Source of the DNA: Toensbergia leucococca
Lineage: Eukaryota
Assembly (NCBI GenBank): GCA_022813965.1
Contig: JALDZS010000014.1
Coordinates: 1 to 64,000 of the forward strand
Length of the DNA: 64,000 bases
Direction: 5' to 3'
Shown one piece after another: positions 50,943-63,008 of this stretch (its first letter is position 1; every line of letters starts with the position of its first letter). Below the pieces are notes generated by a model. The model was not told the origin of the DNA. It worked only from the letters and a program-made list of their open reading frames with translations, and did no database searches. A program made the translations under genes and the position numbers.

Positions 50943-53077
50943 TCATAGCTTTTGCTTGCCCCTTGTCTCAATGGGGAAAAAGCACATTGCTATGAAAGCT
51001 GCCAAGATCAGCGACCCCGCTGCATAAACCGGTGCATTCGGATTGACATTTCCAGCATTGACGGCAACGATGGGCGCGCAGAGGCCGCAAATCCGATTCA
51101 GACAGGAGGCAATACCAGTACCCGTGCCGCGGTTGGGCGCTGGGAACACCTCGGGTGTGCTTAATGAACGTCAGCTATTTCTGGCAGGCTAAAAGAGGTA
51201 CATGTGGAACCGGGGTGGGAAGTACTAAGCGTATAAGACACCATACATGATGTTTTGGAAGAAGGATTCCAGACACGTCATGACAAGTTGGTAGTTGGAG
51301 TCTGAGCTGATGGTGAAGAGGAACAGGATGATGCCCGTCAGTACGGTCGCGGCGGCAATTGTGCCTTTGCGCCCGATGTATCTCACGTCGACGGTGTACA
51401 TGGCAATGAATGAGCCTGGCACTCCGACTATGGAGGCGATGGCGTAGTTGCGGTATAAAATATTGTTGGGAGTAGGGGCGACGTCTTTGCCGGCGTTTTG
51501 GAGGTATTGAGGTAAGAATGCGTTGAACAGTGGATAGCCCATCCCAATAGTGGCCCAGCAGAACCAAATGAGGGAAGCTTTATTACTTATTAGACCTCTC
51601 TTGATGCATTGCTAGTGATGAAAAGACTAATACGTACTCATGAGGCCCAGACGCCTTGTTGCAAAGAGTGGTGCAATTCTTTCCGTGGAGAACTTGCTCA
51701 GTTGCCTCTTGACGATTTGGACGGTAGAGAGCTTCTGATACTCATCCGCTTTTGCGTATCCGCCAATCTCGTCGAGGATCTCGGTGGTCAGCCAAGTTTT
51801 GCGCTTGTTTTTGAACGCAATCCCATGCACAGTGGCTACGGCCTCGGCTTGGCGGCCTTGAGAAAGGAGATACTTGGGAGACTCGTAAAGATGGAAGAAA
51901 AAGAAGCGACAGATGAACATGAGAAAGGTCATGGCACCAAGAGTGAAAAGGAAGTATCTCCAACCCATGTTCTGTGCTTTGTGGCAACAAGGTTCACTGC
52001 TAACATCGCAAGATAGAAGCGTTGCATCGCAGGAGTAGTTTGGAATAAATCCCCAGGCGACTGCAGTATAATTAGGCCTGTTAAGATATGAATAAAAGTT
52101 GAACTAACCGAGCGAGGCAATCAGTTGGCCGACAGGCCACCAAACAGAGAGCACAGTCAATAGACTGCCGGACGCCATCGGCAGGAATTCTAGGAACAAT
52201 GCTCCATCGACTGGAAGATTACCGCCCACGCCGGCTCCCAAGGCTGCGTAAAGTCCACACGTCCCGATCCAGCTGTTTCCCCCACCAACGGCAAGACCAA
52301 AGACACCGGCGATGAACAGAGTAGCATTGAAAGCAAGGCGACGGCCAATGACATCCGATGCTATTCCCCAGAATGAGGCGCCGAGGCAGAGTCCAACAAA
52401 CAGAGCACACGTGGTGTATCTGACCTGAGTAACAGAAGGACCAAACTCTTGAGTTATAGATGGTAGGGTTAGGGCAACACCCTAAAGTGTATATCATCAG
52501 CTTTTGAGAAATCCTACCCGCCATTTCTTACGATGAATCCTACCTGGAGCCAAAGGCTATGTGAACTGAAGTTTAGCCTTGTTCGAGTCTTCTGGAAGTC
52601 TTATCCGAGAAAAGCTCACTTGTCCGCCAACCATCCGAATCCGCAAAGAACAAAGAGCTGCCATTGATATCGCCCCATCCCAATATCTTGAATTGCTTTA
52701 TTAATTACTTTTGACTTGCCTATATCAAAATCAGATTTCTTAAGTCACACCCGAGGCGGCAAGAGTACGAAATTCTTCTGAATGCCTGTTATAATGCTGA
52801 GTCACATACGATCATAGGCAGTATCATGCCCCGAAGCTGCAATATCACCATCGACCTCAGCTCGTAAGCCTTCAATTGTATACGCACTCTCGCTGTACGT
52901 GGGCGACGGACGTCCGTCGATCTCATCATTATTTGGCATGTTGCCAGATGCTGAACCGAATTTGACATTATGGGTAGCAACTACACTCGGATGTCGATTC
53001 GCGTTTTCGAAAGGTACGTAGACATTCTCGAATTCACTGACATCATGCTTCTTGAAGGGGTTCATGAAGAATGACAT
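50943..53077 (-). CDS. MFS transporter, SV2-like sugar-porter relative, multi-exon (includes 13-nt microexon 52544-52556)
   Basis: MSFFMNPFKKH...KSKVINKAIQDIGMGRYQWQLFVLCGFGWLADN|LWLQ|GVALTLP, SDVIGRRLAFN, GGNLPVDGALFLEFLP, MGWRY, ESPKYLL, PEVFPAPNRGTGTG, PIETRGK. Confidence 0.9.
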
Positions 53078-55133
53078 TCTGGCGGTGCTTTTTCTGTGAC
53101 TCGGACACTTTGCTAGATGTCTCTTGAATCCTACGACTCTTGCCAAAATTCAACCAACCGCGTCCGGGTCGAGAAGAGTGGGGAGGCTCAATCGTGGCCA
53201 AAGGCATGCGGAGGCTGAGTTGTCTGCGTAGAAAAATAAATCCAGGAGGTTGCGAGTTTAGCTCAAGATGACACGATAGATGAACAATCGTAGAAGATAA
53301 CAGACTGTATTGAGGGTGAACAGTGGGGTCACGAGCTCGATTAAATACTATGAAGCCTTGGAAGTTTTTATGTCGTGTGAGCAAGAACAGGTAAAGCCTG
53401 GAACGAATCACACTTTGCCTTGAAAGTTCATAGTTCATTTGCATTGGAGGCTAAACCACTTTCAGCGTTGTTTGCAGCTTACCTAGTGAGCCACGGGTAG
53501 CGGTGAGGCATTTTCATAGGCTCGATGGGTTACATTTTGCCGTTACAGTAGAATCATGTATTGGTACTTTGGCTCTTCAACCTCTCAGGCGACTTTGTTG
53601 TATTGGTACTAGAGAAGTAGTACCCCTTGGTTGACCAGTGCTTGGCACCGCCGCTTCGAGGCTGATTGACAGAAAATGCCAGCCTCGCGGCCTCAGTCGT
53701 AAATTGTTACTGCCGTGTTTCCCTCTGATTGTCATGATATAATATGAGTATCTGATATGCATTGAATTTGTTTTTCTTCAAATAAACGAAGGATCTGAGA
53801 AGCTGAAATTGTGCAATCATTGACATACGGGATCGGACATTAGCTAGTAAGAGGAAGAGGTGTGTAATTTTTGATAGTGAATACATAAAGAAGTACATAA
53901 CTTTAACTCGGCTTTGATGAAGATTTGAAAACCCTGGCCCCTTACGCATGCTCAAAGCTCCTCCGTCCAAAGGATTATCTAGAATAGATCTTTCCCCGTG
54001 TACGCTTCCTCTTGTCTTTCATTAGCTGAAACGATTACTGAATTTTGTATATTGGACATTGCAAAGCACGTTCCACACCAACGAGGCTCCCCTTATCAAT
54101 GGCTTGTTTCTAAATGTCTCCATGAAGGGTGAGAACATATGCAGCATGAAGCTGAAGAAGGAAAGTCGCTGTCTTGAAGACGAAGGGCAAATCCTTTTCA
54201 TTGTTACCGTCAAATTGCTGCCTTCATTTGCTGTCAAGTTACAGTAGTAACAAAGAACGTGACAACAACACCAAAAGATTGAACAGTACGACAGATCTCA
54301 TATTTCAATGCAATGAAAATTTCGCTCTATGCATGTCGCAATATCCATAACTCTTGTGGGGATGTTGTAAGAGAAGTCTAGTAAACTGATCTAAACTTAC
54401 AGAAAGCGAGATCTAAGTAGTATCACGCGGTGCAAGGAATTTTCTCCTCGACTTGAATAAAGCGGAAATAGCTCTGCGTACACGTTCATTCGTGAGCGAT
54501 TTGTTTTTACCTTGTATTGAAAAGACTTCAGCGAGCTCCATCCACTTTTATAACCCTCAGTCATCCTCAATGTAAGTTGAGCCTATGTGCACGGTATCAC
54601 ATGTAAGCGGTTTTGCCTGAGAGCCGTCAGCATTTGCAAGTGTAGAACTAGGCACGTGCAGATTTGTTCACATATCACAAGTCCACTACTCGTAGACAAC
54701 AGTGGCAGTGTCAGGCCTTCAAGGCTGATAATGATACCTAATGTGCGAGTTCTCTATTAATCAGCCAGAGGTCAAGGCATACGTACATACGCTCGATCAG
54801 GCATTGGATACTTGTTATTCATTGGAATTTTAAGGCTGTTCTCATAGCAACGTCGAAAATGGGGTTGTGGATGGGACAAACACGGGAGAATGAAGATCTG
54901 CTAACACCATAAGGCTGCTAAGGCTGAGGTAATTAGCCGATAGTGCCGGCATCATATCATGACTGGTACATGATGCCTTTCAAACCTAACAATCGCCCTG
55001 CCCTAGCCAGCCTCAGTGTACCATTTATCTTGACTGACTACTAATACCTGACTGCATTCCTTATTCCTCCTGTTCGTAGCCTTCACCTGACCACGCATCT
55101 CTTCTTCTGCTACAACTAGCATCACCCATCAAC

Positions 55134-56072
55134 ATGAAGTGGCCAAACAAAGCAGCTCTTTTGCTTGTAAGCGCATATACAGTGTCATCACTATCAATAC
55201 CACATCTCCAAGACATCACCTTCCGACAGAGAGTGGAAGGCGACATACCAATGGTAGATCCCTCATTGGCCAAAAGCTTCGACAACTTACTTTCGTCTTT
55301 CAAACTATCCTCTTTCAAACTCCTAGAGAAGAGGAGAGGTGGCGGTGGCAGCTCGGGTGGCGGCCGTGGCTCATCATCATCAAGTAGTTCTTCATCCGGA
55401 TCATCCAGCTCGTCGAGCTCCGGCAAATCTGGGTCAAGTAGTTCAGGCAGCACAGGGAGGACGAGGTGTGTCTTTCCCCGTCAAACAAAAGTCATGATAG
55501 CTGAGAAACAATGTAGCTCCTCATCTTCAGTAAGCCCTTCATATGGTGGCGGTAGATACTATGGAGGTGGTTCAGCTTCGGCGTACTCAGCTGGATCAAG
55601 ATCGCCAGGCGGTATTTCTCCGTTGCTGCTAGGTGGAGCAGCTATAGGAGCAGCAGCCATTTTTTCAGGACTATGGCTCTATGGTGCCTACGAATACCCT
55701 TATGACCAGAGTTATGCCTACCACAATGATTCCGAAAGAGACTCCGCCAACCCAAATGGTACCAACGAAACGCTGCCTGTCACCTGTCTCTGTCAACAAT
55801 ACAGTGCGTGTGGATGCGACAATCCCGATAACAGCACCTACATAGACTCATTGCTTGGAAATGGCAGCGCATCTGATATGAATAGCAGCCTGGTTCAAGT
55901 ATCGATGGTCAACGGGACAAAGACTGTAGTAATCAATGGCACACTTCCGAATGGCACGGATAACAGCACTAGCACAAGTAGTGCAAGTCCTGGAGCAAAG
56001 CAGATTTTATTGCAGTCCTCGGGTTACTGGGTTATGGGAGCTATTGTTGGGGCAACAGTGTGGATGCTATGA
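55134..56072 (+). CDS. Secreted Gly/Ser-rich, probably GPI-anchored surface protein (possible in-frame intron 55466-55516)
   Basis: Signal peptide, LEKRR|GGGG Kex2-like site, Gly/Ser run, YGGGRYYGGG, CLCQQYSACGCD Cys cluster, many N-x-S/T sequons, hydrophobic C-terminus. Confidence 0.82.
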   Translation: MKWPNKAALLLVSAYTVSSLSIPHLQDITFRQRVEGDIPMVDPSLAKSFDNLLSSFKLSSFKLLEKRRGGGGSSGGGRGSSSSSSSSSGSSSSSSSGKSGSSSSGSTGRTRCVFPRQTKVMIAEKQCSSSSSVSPSYGGGRYYGGGSASAYSAGSRSPGGISPLLLGGAAIGAAAIFSGLWLYGAYEYPYDQSYAYHNDSERDSANPNGTNETLPVTCLCQQYSACGCDNPDNSTYIDSLLGNGSASDMNSSLVQVSMVNGTKTVVINGTLPNGTDNSTSTSSASPGAKQILLQSSGYWVMGAIVGATVWML

Positions 56073-57264
56073 ATTTGGGAAATTGAGATAAATCGATTAA
56101 TATTCCCTCTAAATGTTGTTAATAATGTAGCCAGACTGTTCTCGAAGCTTTCCCACCAGTAGAACATGTCTTTCTTTTTAACAGATTGAGATATCGAGAA
56201 AGTAGCCAGTAATCTGCGAGCTTGGACGACACCCTCTTCCCGGTCCTGGTTTCGCATTATGCATGGTTTCCCCGCAGCATTATCTTCCATTAGCTATCGA
56301 TTGGTCCAAGTCATAAAGCCTTAACTATTCCAAGGTACATTTCTTCTAATCTGCAGACTGTATGTCTTCCATGATTCCATCATGATGATTACTACCGAAT
56401 TAGGTACGCTTGTACTACAAACAAGTTCTGCATACTTCCAGATCCCTGAGACATCAGACGTACTCTTGGAGATAGAATGGAAAATATGTAAGGATCTTGA
56501 TATGGGCGCGCCAAAGCTAGCTTGACCTTTGGTTTCTCCACAAAGCCCATCATGTCACATGTACCATGCCTGTTTCATCTGGATGGGGTGTAGACGATAA
56601 TTTGCTCACTAAGCCACCAAGAAGATCCTTGGGCTGGGCAGTGGAAAAGTACCTGAACGACGCGCTATCTTCAAAAGAGGCAAGACACCAGGCGACACGG
56701 AAGTTCAGCCCGTTTCTTGCCCGGTGTCCGCAGCTCTTTGGCCTTCGCGACGAATCACATCGTCGAGGTAAAAATATCATGGCAGGTTTGGCGAGATGGC
56801 CGTAACCCCAGCCTGGACTCGGCCCTCAATGATTGCGTGGTATGACCGCTAGGAGGGAACACCAGGGGCAGAAAAGGCAATACCTGCATGGTTTGGCTGT
56901 ACGAACCCCTGTCTCTTGCCTTTCGCCGAGGAAACCAATGGGCTAATCAAAGATAGGCTGGTAAGTCGTATTGACTATTGGGGTGGTTGGGCGCATCCTT
57001 GCCATACTTGCCATCCTTGCCTCGACTAGAGACTGATGCCGCCCATGCTGCCGTTTTATTGATAAACAGAGACTTCTCCCCCACCCTTTCTCTTTCCTCC
57101 ACCATCTGAATCTCAATACCTGCAGTCATTATTCACATAGCAAATTCTTCGCATTTACACTCGCTTTGATCCGTCTACGATCATAACACTCGCTGTTCAC
57201 TCGCAAACAGATATCCATTTCACCCGACCACCCTCTCCATCTTTTCAAAATACCCACACTCGAA

Positions 57265-57627
57265 ATGCCTTCCATCCAAAAAATCATTCTTTCATTGGCA
57301 TTCACCGCCTTCGTTGCCGCCCAATCCCAGATTAGCGACGGCCAAATCCAAGCCGCAACCTCAACCGCTGTCGCTGTCTCTCAGATTACCGATGGGCAGA
57401 TCCAGGCCACTACAGCCACTGTTGTTCCCGTGACACAAATCACCGACGGCCAAATCCAAGCCACCACAGCAAGCGCCACCATCTCATCATTCACGACTGC
57501 CAACGGTACTTTCAGCACCGGTACTGCTTCGCCATCCACGTTCACTGGCGCCGCAAATATCATGGGATGGAGCAAGGAGATCGCTGGCGCCGCCGTTGGG
57601 TTGGCTGCTGGTGTCGTGTTGCTATAA
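57265..57627 (+). CDS. PIR-repeat cell wall protein with GPI-like tail (Cwp/Pir type)
   Basis: Signal peptide, three (S/T)QI(S/T)DGQIQA PIR repeats, FTGAA omega-like region and hydrophobic C-terminus. Confidence 0.92.
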   Translation: MPSIQKIILSLAFTAFVAAQSQISDGQIQAATSTAVAVSQITDGQIQATTATVVPVTQITDGQIQATTASATISSFTTANGTFSTGTASPSTFTGAANIMGWSKEIAGAAVGLAAGVVLL

Positions 57628-58305
57628 GTCATCTCGCCCCTCAGGAGAGCGTCGAATGTCTGAGGGGTCACGATCGCAAACGGAACACGTCAAGATGAGA
57701 AGACGACGAAATTATCTGGAGGATTGTTAGTACAGCCGTGCACTCGGGCATGAAGAGGCTCTATTTAGCATTGTTATTTGGCTAGTAGTACGATTCGGGT
57801 TGAATTCCTGCATAGGTTTAGCAGCGTATCCGGGTTAGATTAATAATATGAATATATATACTTACTCACGCAATTTATCCTTACCCCATTGAATAATCAT
57901 ATTTAATTCGTTCAAGTAGTTGTGTATTTCATCCATTAGGACCAATGTCACTCGACCTCAATCTGCAATACCTACTTAGTCTCGGTCCTTATCTCTCAAT
58001 CAAATAATCCATTAGATGCTATAGTAAATAGCGAATTCTTGCCATCCAATCCCCATGAGGCTGGTTTCTAACAGTTTACCCACGCGACAACAGACCAGCG
58101 GCAGTCCGGCGCGAGTAGCTCATGTGACAACGCAACATGAAAACGTCTTCAATACTGCCCAAGAGTGCGCGATGGCTTTGGATGATTCAACCCAGACGCC
58201 AACAGGACTTCTTATCAATTCGAGAGTCTGGGCATACGAGGAAAAGAGCACAAAGTGACCGTTGCAACGACTTAGTTCCGATAGAAAAGGTAGCAATTAC
58301 GGGCG

Positions 58306-60043
58306 ATGAGCCAATTCAGCATCGGGCATGGCGTCCGTGATAAAGCTTCTGACACAAAATCCGGCCAGTCCAAGGGGATTCGGCATATTGTCGAGGATTT
58401 GGGGACGGGCTCTACAGTCTCATTAGACCGTCCTGACCCCGAAAGCTCCGGCTCGAGATCAGGCCAGTTCAACAAGATCCGACATACAATCAAGGACTTG
58501 GGAACGAGCAAAACGAGATCTAATGTCTATGAAAATGCTTTGGTCGCTGGAAACCCTCCTCAGACTCCCATACTCCCGTCGTGCCCAGATCTTGGGTCAG
58601 CATACCCTGAAGGCGGTCTCCGGGCTTACAGCGTCGTCATAGGTTCTTTCACTAGTATGCTTGCTGGCTTCGGCCTCTTGAACACAATTGGCACGTTCCA
58701 GGCCTACCTCAGCACACACCAGCTATCAAAATATTCGTCTAGCAGTATCGGCTGGATCTTCAGCCTCTACGTCTTTGTTTCCTTCTTCTGTGGCATACAG
58801 ATTGGGCCCGTCTTTGACGCAAAGGGGCCGAGATGGTTGTTGCTGCTGGGAAGTGTATGTTTGATAGCAGGGGTCATGGGCTTGGCTGAAAGTACAAGTG
58901 CGCATTCCCTCTCACTGTTCCTTATTCTCGATCTGATTAAACGAGTGTCATTCCTTCGTCCCTTCATTGTATTATGCGACGATATTGATGGCATCTCCTT
59001 AATACCAATTGAGCCAAACCGCATCCCTTACGGTCCCGTTTAACGCCTGCTTGCTACAGAATACTGGCATTTCATCCTTACATTTTCCATCCTATCTGGC
59101 CTCGGCACCTCCCTCCTCTTTACCCCCTCAATATCTGCAGTAGCCCACTACTTTCGTCGCCGCCGCGGCACCTTCACTGGCCTTGCCGCAACTGGTGGCT
59201 CTATCGGTGGCATCATATTCCCCGTCGCCCTGCAGAGACTCTTTCCCCTTGTCGGCTTCGCCTGGGCAACTCGCGTCATGGGTTTTATCCTCCTCTTCCT
59301 CGTGACTGTAGCCAACTGCCTCATTCGCAGCAGATTACCCCCGAAACGAGGCGGCAGCGTGTGGCCTGACTTCCGCATCTTTAAGAACAGGGTTTTTGCG
59401 TTGACTACGGCGGGAGTGTTCTGCATGGAATGGGGATTGTTTGTTCCCTTGTCCTACATTACCTCTTATTCTCTGCGTTATGATGTCTCCCCTACTTTCT
59501 CCTATCAGATCCTCGCGGTTGTGAACGCAGGCTCGTTCTTTGGACGCTGGCTTCCTGGCTACATGGCAGATCGGTTTGGCCGCTTTAACACCATGATTGT
59601 GACAATAACAATGTGTCTTCTTTGTGTGCTTGGGATATGGTTACCTGCTAAGGGAAACGTAGCTGCATTGTGTCTGTTTGCCGTGGGCTTTGGGTTCGCA
59701 AGCGGAAGTAATATCAGCTTGACGCCTGTATGTGTGGGACAACTATGTGAGACAAATGAGTATGGGAGGTGGTATGCTACTTGCTATTTTGTGGTTAGTT
59801 TTGGGTAAGTGATTATTTGGCCGTCCGACATTGCAATGTCAAAGCTGCATCATCACTGACACTGAATTCTCCGAGAGTAGCTGCTTGACTGGTATCCCTA
59901 TCGCTGGCCAGATTCTTTCTATCGATAACGGCGATTACTGGGGTCTGATCCTCTTCACAGGAATGTGCTATGTAGTCAGCTTGGCCTGCTTTGTGGCAGC
60001 GAGGGTGCTGGCGGTAGGGTGGGATCTGAGGGTTATATATTGA
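58306..60043 (+). CDS. MFS monocarboxylate-porter family transporter, MCH4/MCH5-like (introns ~58899-59059, 59805-59880)
   Basis: YPEGGLRAYSVVIGSF, NTIGTFQAYL, GPVFDAKGPR, HYFRRRRGTFTGLAATGGSIGG, ADRFGRFN, YGRWYATCY. Confidence 0.9.
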
Positions 60044-60625
60044 CATGTATGGAAATGATGAGGGAACACATATTGTTGGGAGAATGATGGTAGCAGGACG
60101 GGTTTTGGACGAGATCTTCATGCGTTACACAACGGGGTTCCCTCGGAAAATCAGTATTCCGACTCGGAGGAGCGTCGGCGTTGAAAAGGTGTATATATCG
60201 CACCCTAGATGCACTTGCAGACAGTGAAAATATCTCGTGGAGGAGCACTCTCTTAAGATACACAAAGAAAATAACGCGCATCTTTCCATAATTGCTCTGG
60301 TCAGGGCTTGATGGAGCATTGGCCAGTAATCTAGGGGGGAAAAGGGGTGTGTTTCTTCTACTCGGTGATCTGGACGGACTGGCAGATTCCTGAAGGTTGT
60401 TGCACCGCCATGAAGTGCTAGCGTAATTATCTCTTATGCTCCGGTATCAAAGACCGAGATTGGACTGTGTATTCAGCGTGACTGGCTTCATAATTGACTG
60501 AGTATTTTACGTAGATTTCATTTCGATTGTCTTGATAAAAAGAAAAACTGCTTTCTATAATTTGATGAGATTTTAGGCCTCAACTTTCAGACGCGGATGA
60601 GAAGTCATCTCAGACCTGTCGCGCC

Positions 60626-62368
60626 ATGGAGACAAAATCCTCCCCAAGCTCCGAGATCTCGGATTGGGAGGTCGAAGATGGCCTTCCGCAGCTCACCGAT
60701 CAGTTCATTCAGAAATACCTCCAAGGCCGCGAAGCTCTCATCGAGCAAGAAAAAGCACAGCGCAGCGACTACGCCTTTCGCCAGACACTCACCCCCCTCG
60801 CCAGTGAAGCTTGTGCTATAGTATCACGCATACGAGCCGAGGAGCACCGCACGATATGGACTAATGACTTTGAGGACGAGGTGGCTCGAAAAGCCGGTCT
60901 AAATCACTTTCCTGGGATGATGTTTACGCTTGCCAAAGACAGGATGGAGAAAACCAGATTGTGGCAGATTGTGAGGAAAATGCCAAAGGGGGCGTTACTG
61001 CATGCGCATATGGATGCAATGATTGATGTGGATTGGCTTATTGATCAAGTGATGGCCACGGATGGTATGACTATACTGGCAGACTACGGATTATGTAGTG
61101 CTGAGGCGAGGGAAACTGGATGTGTGCGGTTTCAGTTTACAAAGACATTACCCAGGACTGCTCCTTCAATTTGGAGCAAAGAGTATCGAGCACAACAGCT
61201 TGTACCGTTAGAGGAGTCGACGAGAGATTTTCCAGAAGGTGGGGAAGAGGGTTTTAAGACCTGGCTGAAAGATAGATGTACGATTACACAAGGCGAGTCA
61301 CTCAACCATCATCACGGGCTTGATGCCGTATGGCGGAAGTTTGTATCTTGCTTTCGTATATTAGGCTCAATGCTGCACTATGAACCCATTTTCCGGGCTG
61401 CTGTACAACGTTTGCTGCACCAGCTTCTGGATGATGGCCTTCGGTGGGTGGACTTCCGAATGGCTTTTCAATTCCAGTATAGGCGCGAAGGATCCGAAGA
61501 GCCAGTGGATGGGTATGAGGAGGTATTTCGAGTGTTTGGCGAGGAAATTGAGAAATTCAAGGCGTCTAAAGAGGGAAAGCAGTTCTGGGGATGCCGTATG
61601 ATCTGGACGACGCTGAGAGCTTTCGGCAAGAAAGACATTGTTGAGAGTATGAAGCAGTGCATTTCAGTCAAGAAGGTTTACCCGGATCTGATTGCAGGCT
61701 TCGATGTTGTGGGGCAGGAGGACTTAGGACGGCCCCTTGCGGATTTGACACCCGAGCTGTTCTGGTTTCGGAAACGATGTGTGGAGGAGGGTGTCGATAT
61801 TCCGTTCTTTTTTCATGCCGGCGAGTGTCTTGGAGATGGTGATGCAACAGACCAGAATCTCTTTGATGCGATCCTCTTAGGGACCCGGAGAATTGGACAT
61901 GGCTTCTCACTTTACAAGCATCCATTACTTATCGAGATGGTCAAGCAAAAGAAGATACTGATCGAGTCCTGTCCAATCTCGAACGAGGTATTACGGTTGA
62001 CGAGCTCTATAATGTCTCATCCTCTGCCTGCCCTTTTGGCCCGAGGAGTCACAGTCGCCTTGTGCAACGATGATCCAGCTATTCTTGGACATGGGAAGAA
62101 CGGAGTGACGCATGACTTCTGGCAGGCGTTGCAGGCTTGGGAAAATCTTGGCTTGGAGGGTCTTGGCTCTCTTGCGGAGAACAGTATCCGCTATGCAGCT
62201 TTCGCCCCGGATCAAACAACAAAGGAATGGAACAAAGATATCAGCGATGGGGTCTTCGGGGATGGCGTTCGCGCATCACGCCTGAGGGAATGGGGAGTCG
62301 AGTGGAATAAGTTCTGTGAATGGATTGTTATGGAATTTGCAGCGGATTATGGAGGTGATGAAGAATGA
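60626..62368 (+). CDS. Adenosine deaminase, ADGF/CECR1 (ADA2)-like; intronless, no signal peptide
   Basis: MPKGALLHAH, GFDVVGQED, FFFHAGE, TRRIGHG, IESCPISN and NDDP metal-binding/catalytic motifs. Confidence 0.93.
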   Translation: METKSSPSSEISDWEVEDGLPQLTDQFIQKYLQGREALIEQEKAQRSDYAFRQTLTPLASEACAIVSRIRAEEHRTIWTNDFEDEVARKAGLNHFPGMMFTLAKDRMEKTRLWQIVRKMPKGALLHAHMDAMIDVDWLIDQVMATDGMTILADYGLCSAEARETGCVRFQFTKTLPRTAPSIWSKEYRAQQLVPLEESTRDFPEGGEEGFKTWLKDRCTITQGESLNHHHGLDAVWRKFVSCFRILGSMLHYEPIFRAAVQRLLHQLLDDGLRWVDFRMAFQFQYRREGSEEPVDGYEEVFRVFGEEIEKFKASKEGKQFWGCRMIWTTLRAFGKKDIVESMKQCISVKKVYPDLIAGFDVVGQEDLGRPLADLTPELFWFRKRCVEEGVDIPFFFHAGECLGDGDATDQNLFDAILLGTRRIGHGFSLYKHPLLIEMVKQKKILIESCPISNEVLRLTSSIMSHPLPALLARGVTVALCNDDPAILGHGKNGVTHDFWQALQAWENLGLEGLGSLAENSIRYAAFAPDQTTKEWNKDISDGVFGDGVRASRLREWGVEWNKFCEWIVMEFAADYGGDEE

Positions 62369-63008
62369 TGTACGGTAAATATGGTTGTATCCCTAGCCAG
62401 CCGATAGGGATCAATTTGTAGGGCCGCGTTTCAGGGGAATTGTTCTCGTCTTTTTGGACCTCTAGAAATGGAGACACTGACAATGGAATTTTCTGGCTCG
62501 AGGGAATCCCGAATCACTGCCAACATTTAGAGTACTCGCTGAAAGTGAGAGCTATTCTACAGTGTTTGATGTGAGCCACAAACAAGAGTGATCGTCTTGA
62601 GTAGACTCTTGGTCTTGATTCACATCTCAAGCGTCGAGGGTGTCTCTTGTGTACCAATTTTATCAACGTTGCCTTTAGCCAATAGGAAATGCACTGGTGA
62701 ACATCGTCATTTCTTAGTAACGCTTCCCTGGTCCCAAGATCACAAATAGCATCATGCGCTTGTGTTTTACACCACGTCAATAATAAGACGTATTTGGCCG
62801 TCTTTCTAAGCCAACAAGCATGACCGTAACATTGCCCATCCCCGAATATACTCATCTGCCAGTCCTGTTTGAAGCCGTGCAACAACTGCCACTCTGCTTC
62901 CCGGATGACTTTCTGTACCGAGAGGAGGACCTATTCAGCTTTACAAGATCTAGATATGATCTTACGATAGCTCTCTCTGAAGCTTCTTTGGCTTCCTAGC
63001 TATTCGCC

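Noticed and set aside
44696..60043. Secondary-metabolite or catabolic gene cluster (lactonase, reductase, MFS transporters)
   Set aside because: No backbone synthase, oxygenase or cluster-specific transcription factor is present.
46576..62368. SurE nucleotidase plus ADA2-like deaminase as an adenosine-processing cluster
   Set aside because: They are about 13 kb apart with unrelated genes between, and the deaminase lacks a signal peptide while SurE is secreted.
62514..62885. 123-aa minus-strand ORF upstream of ATG2
   Set aside because: Starts at TTG, has no recognisable motif, and lies in the ATG2 promoter region.
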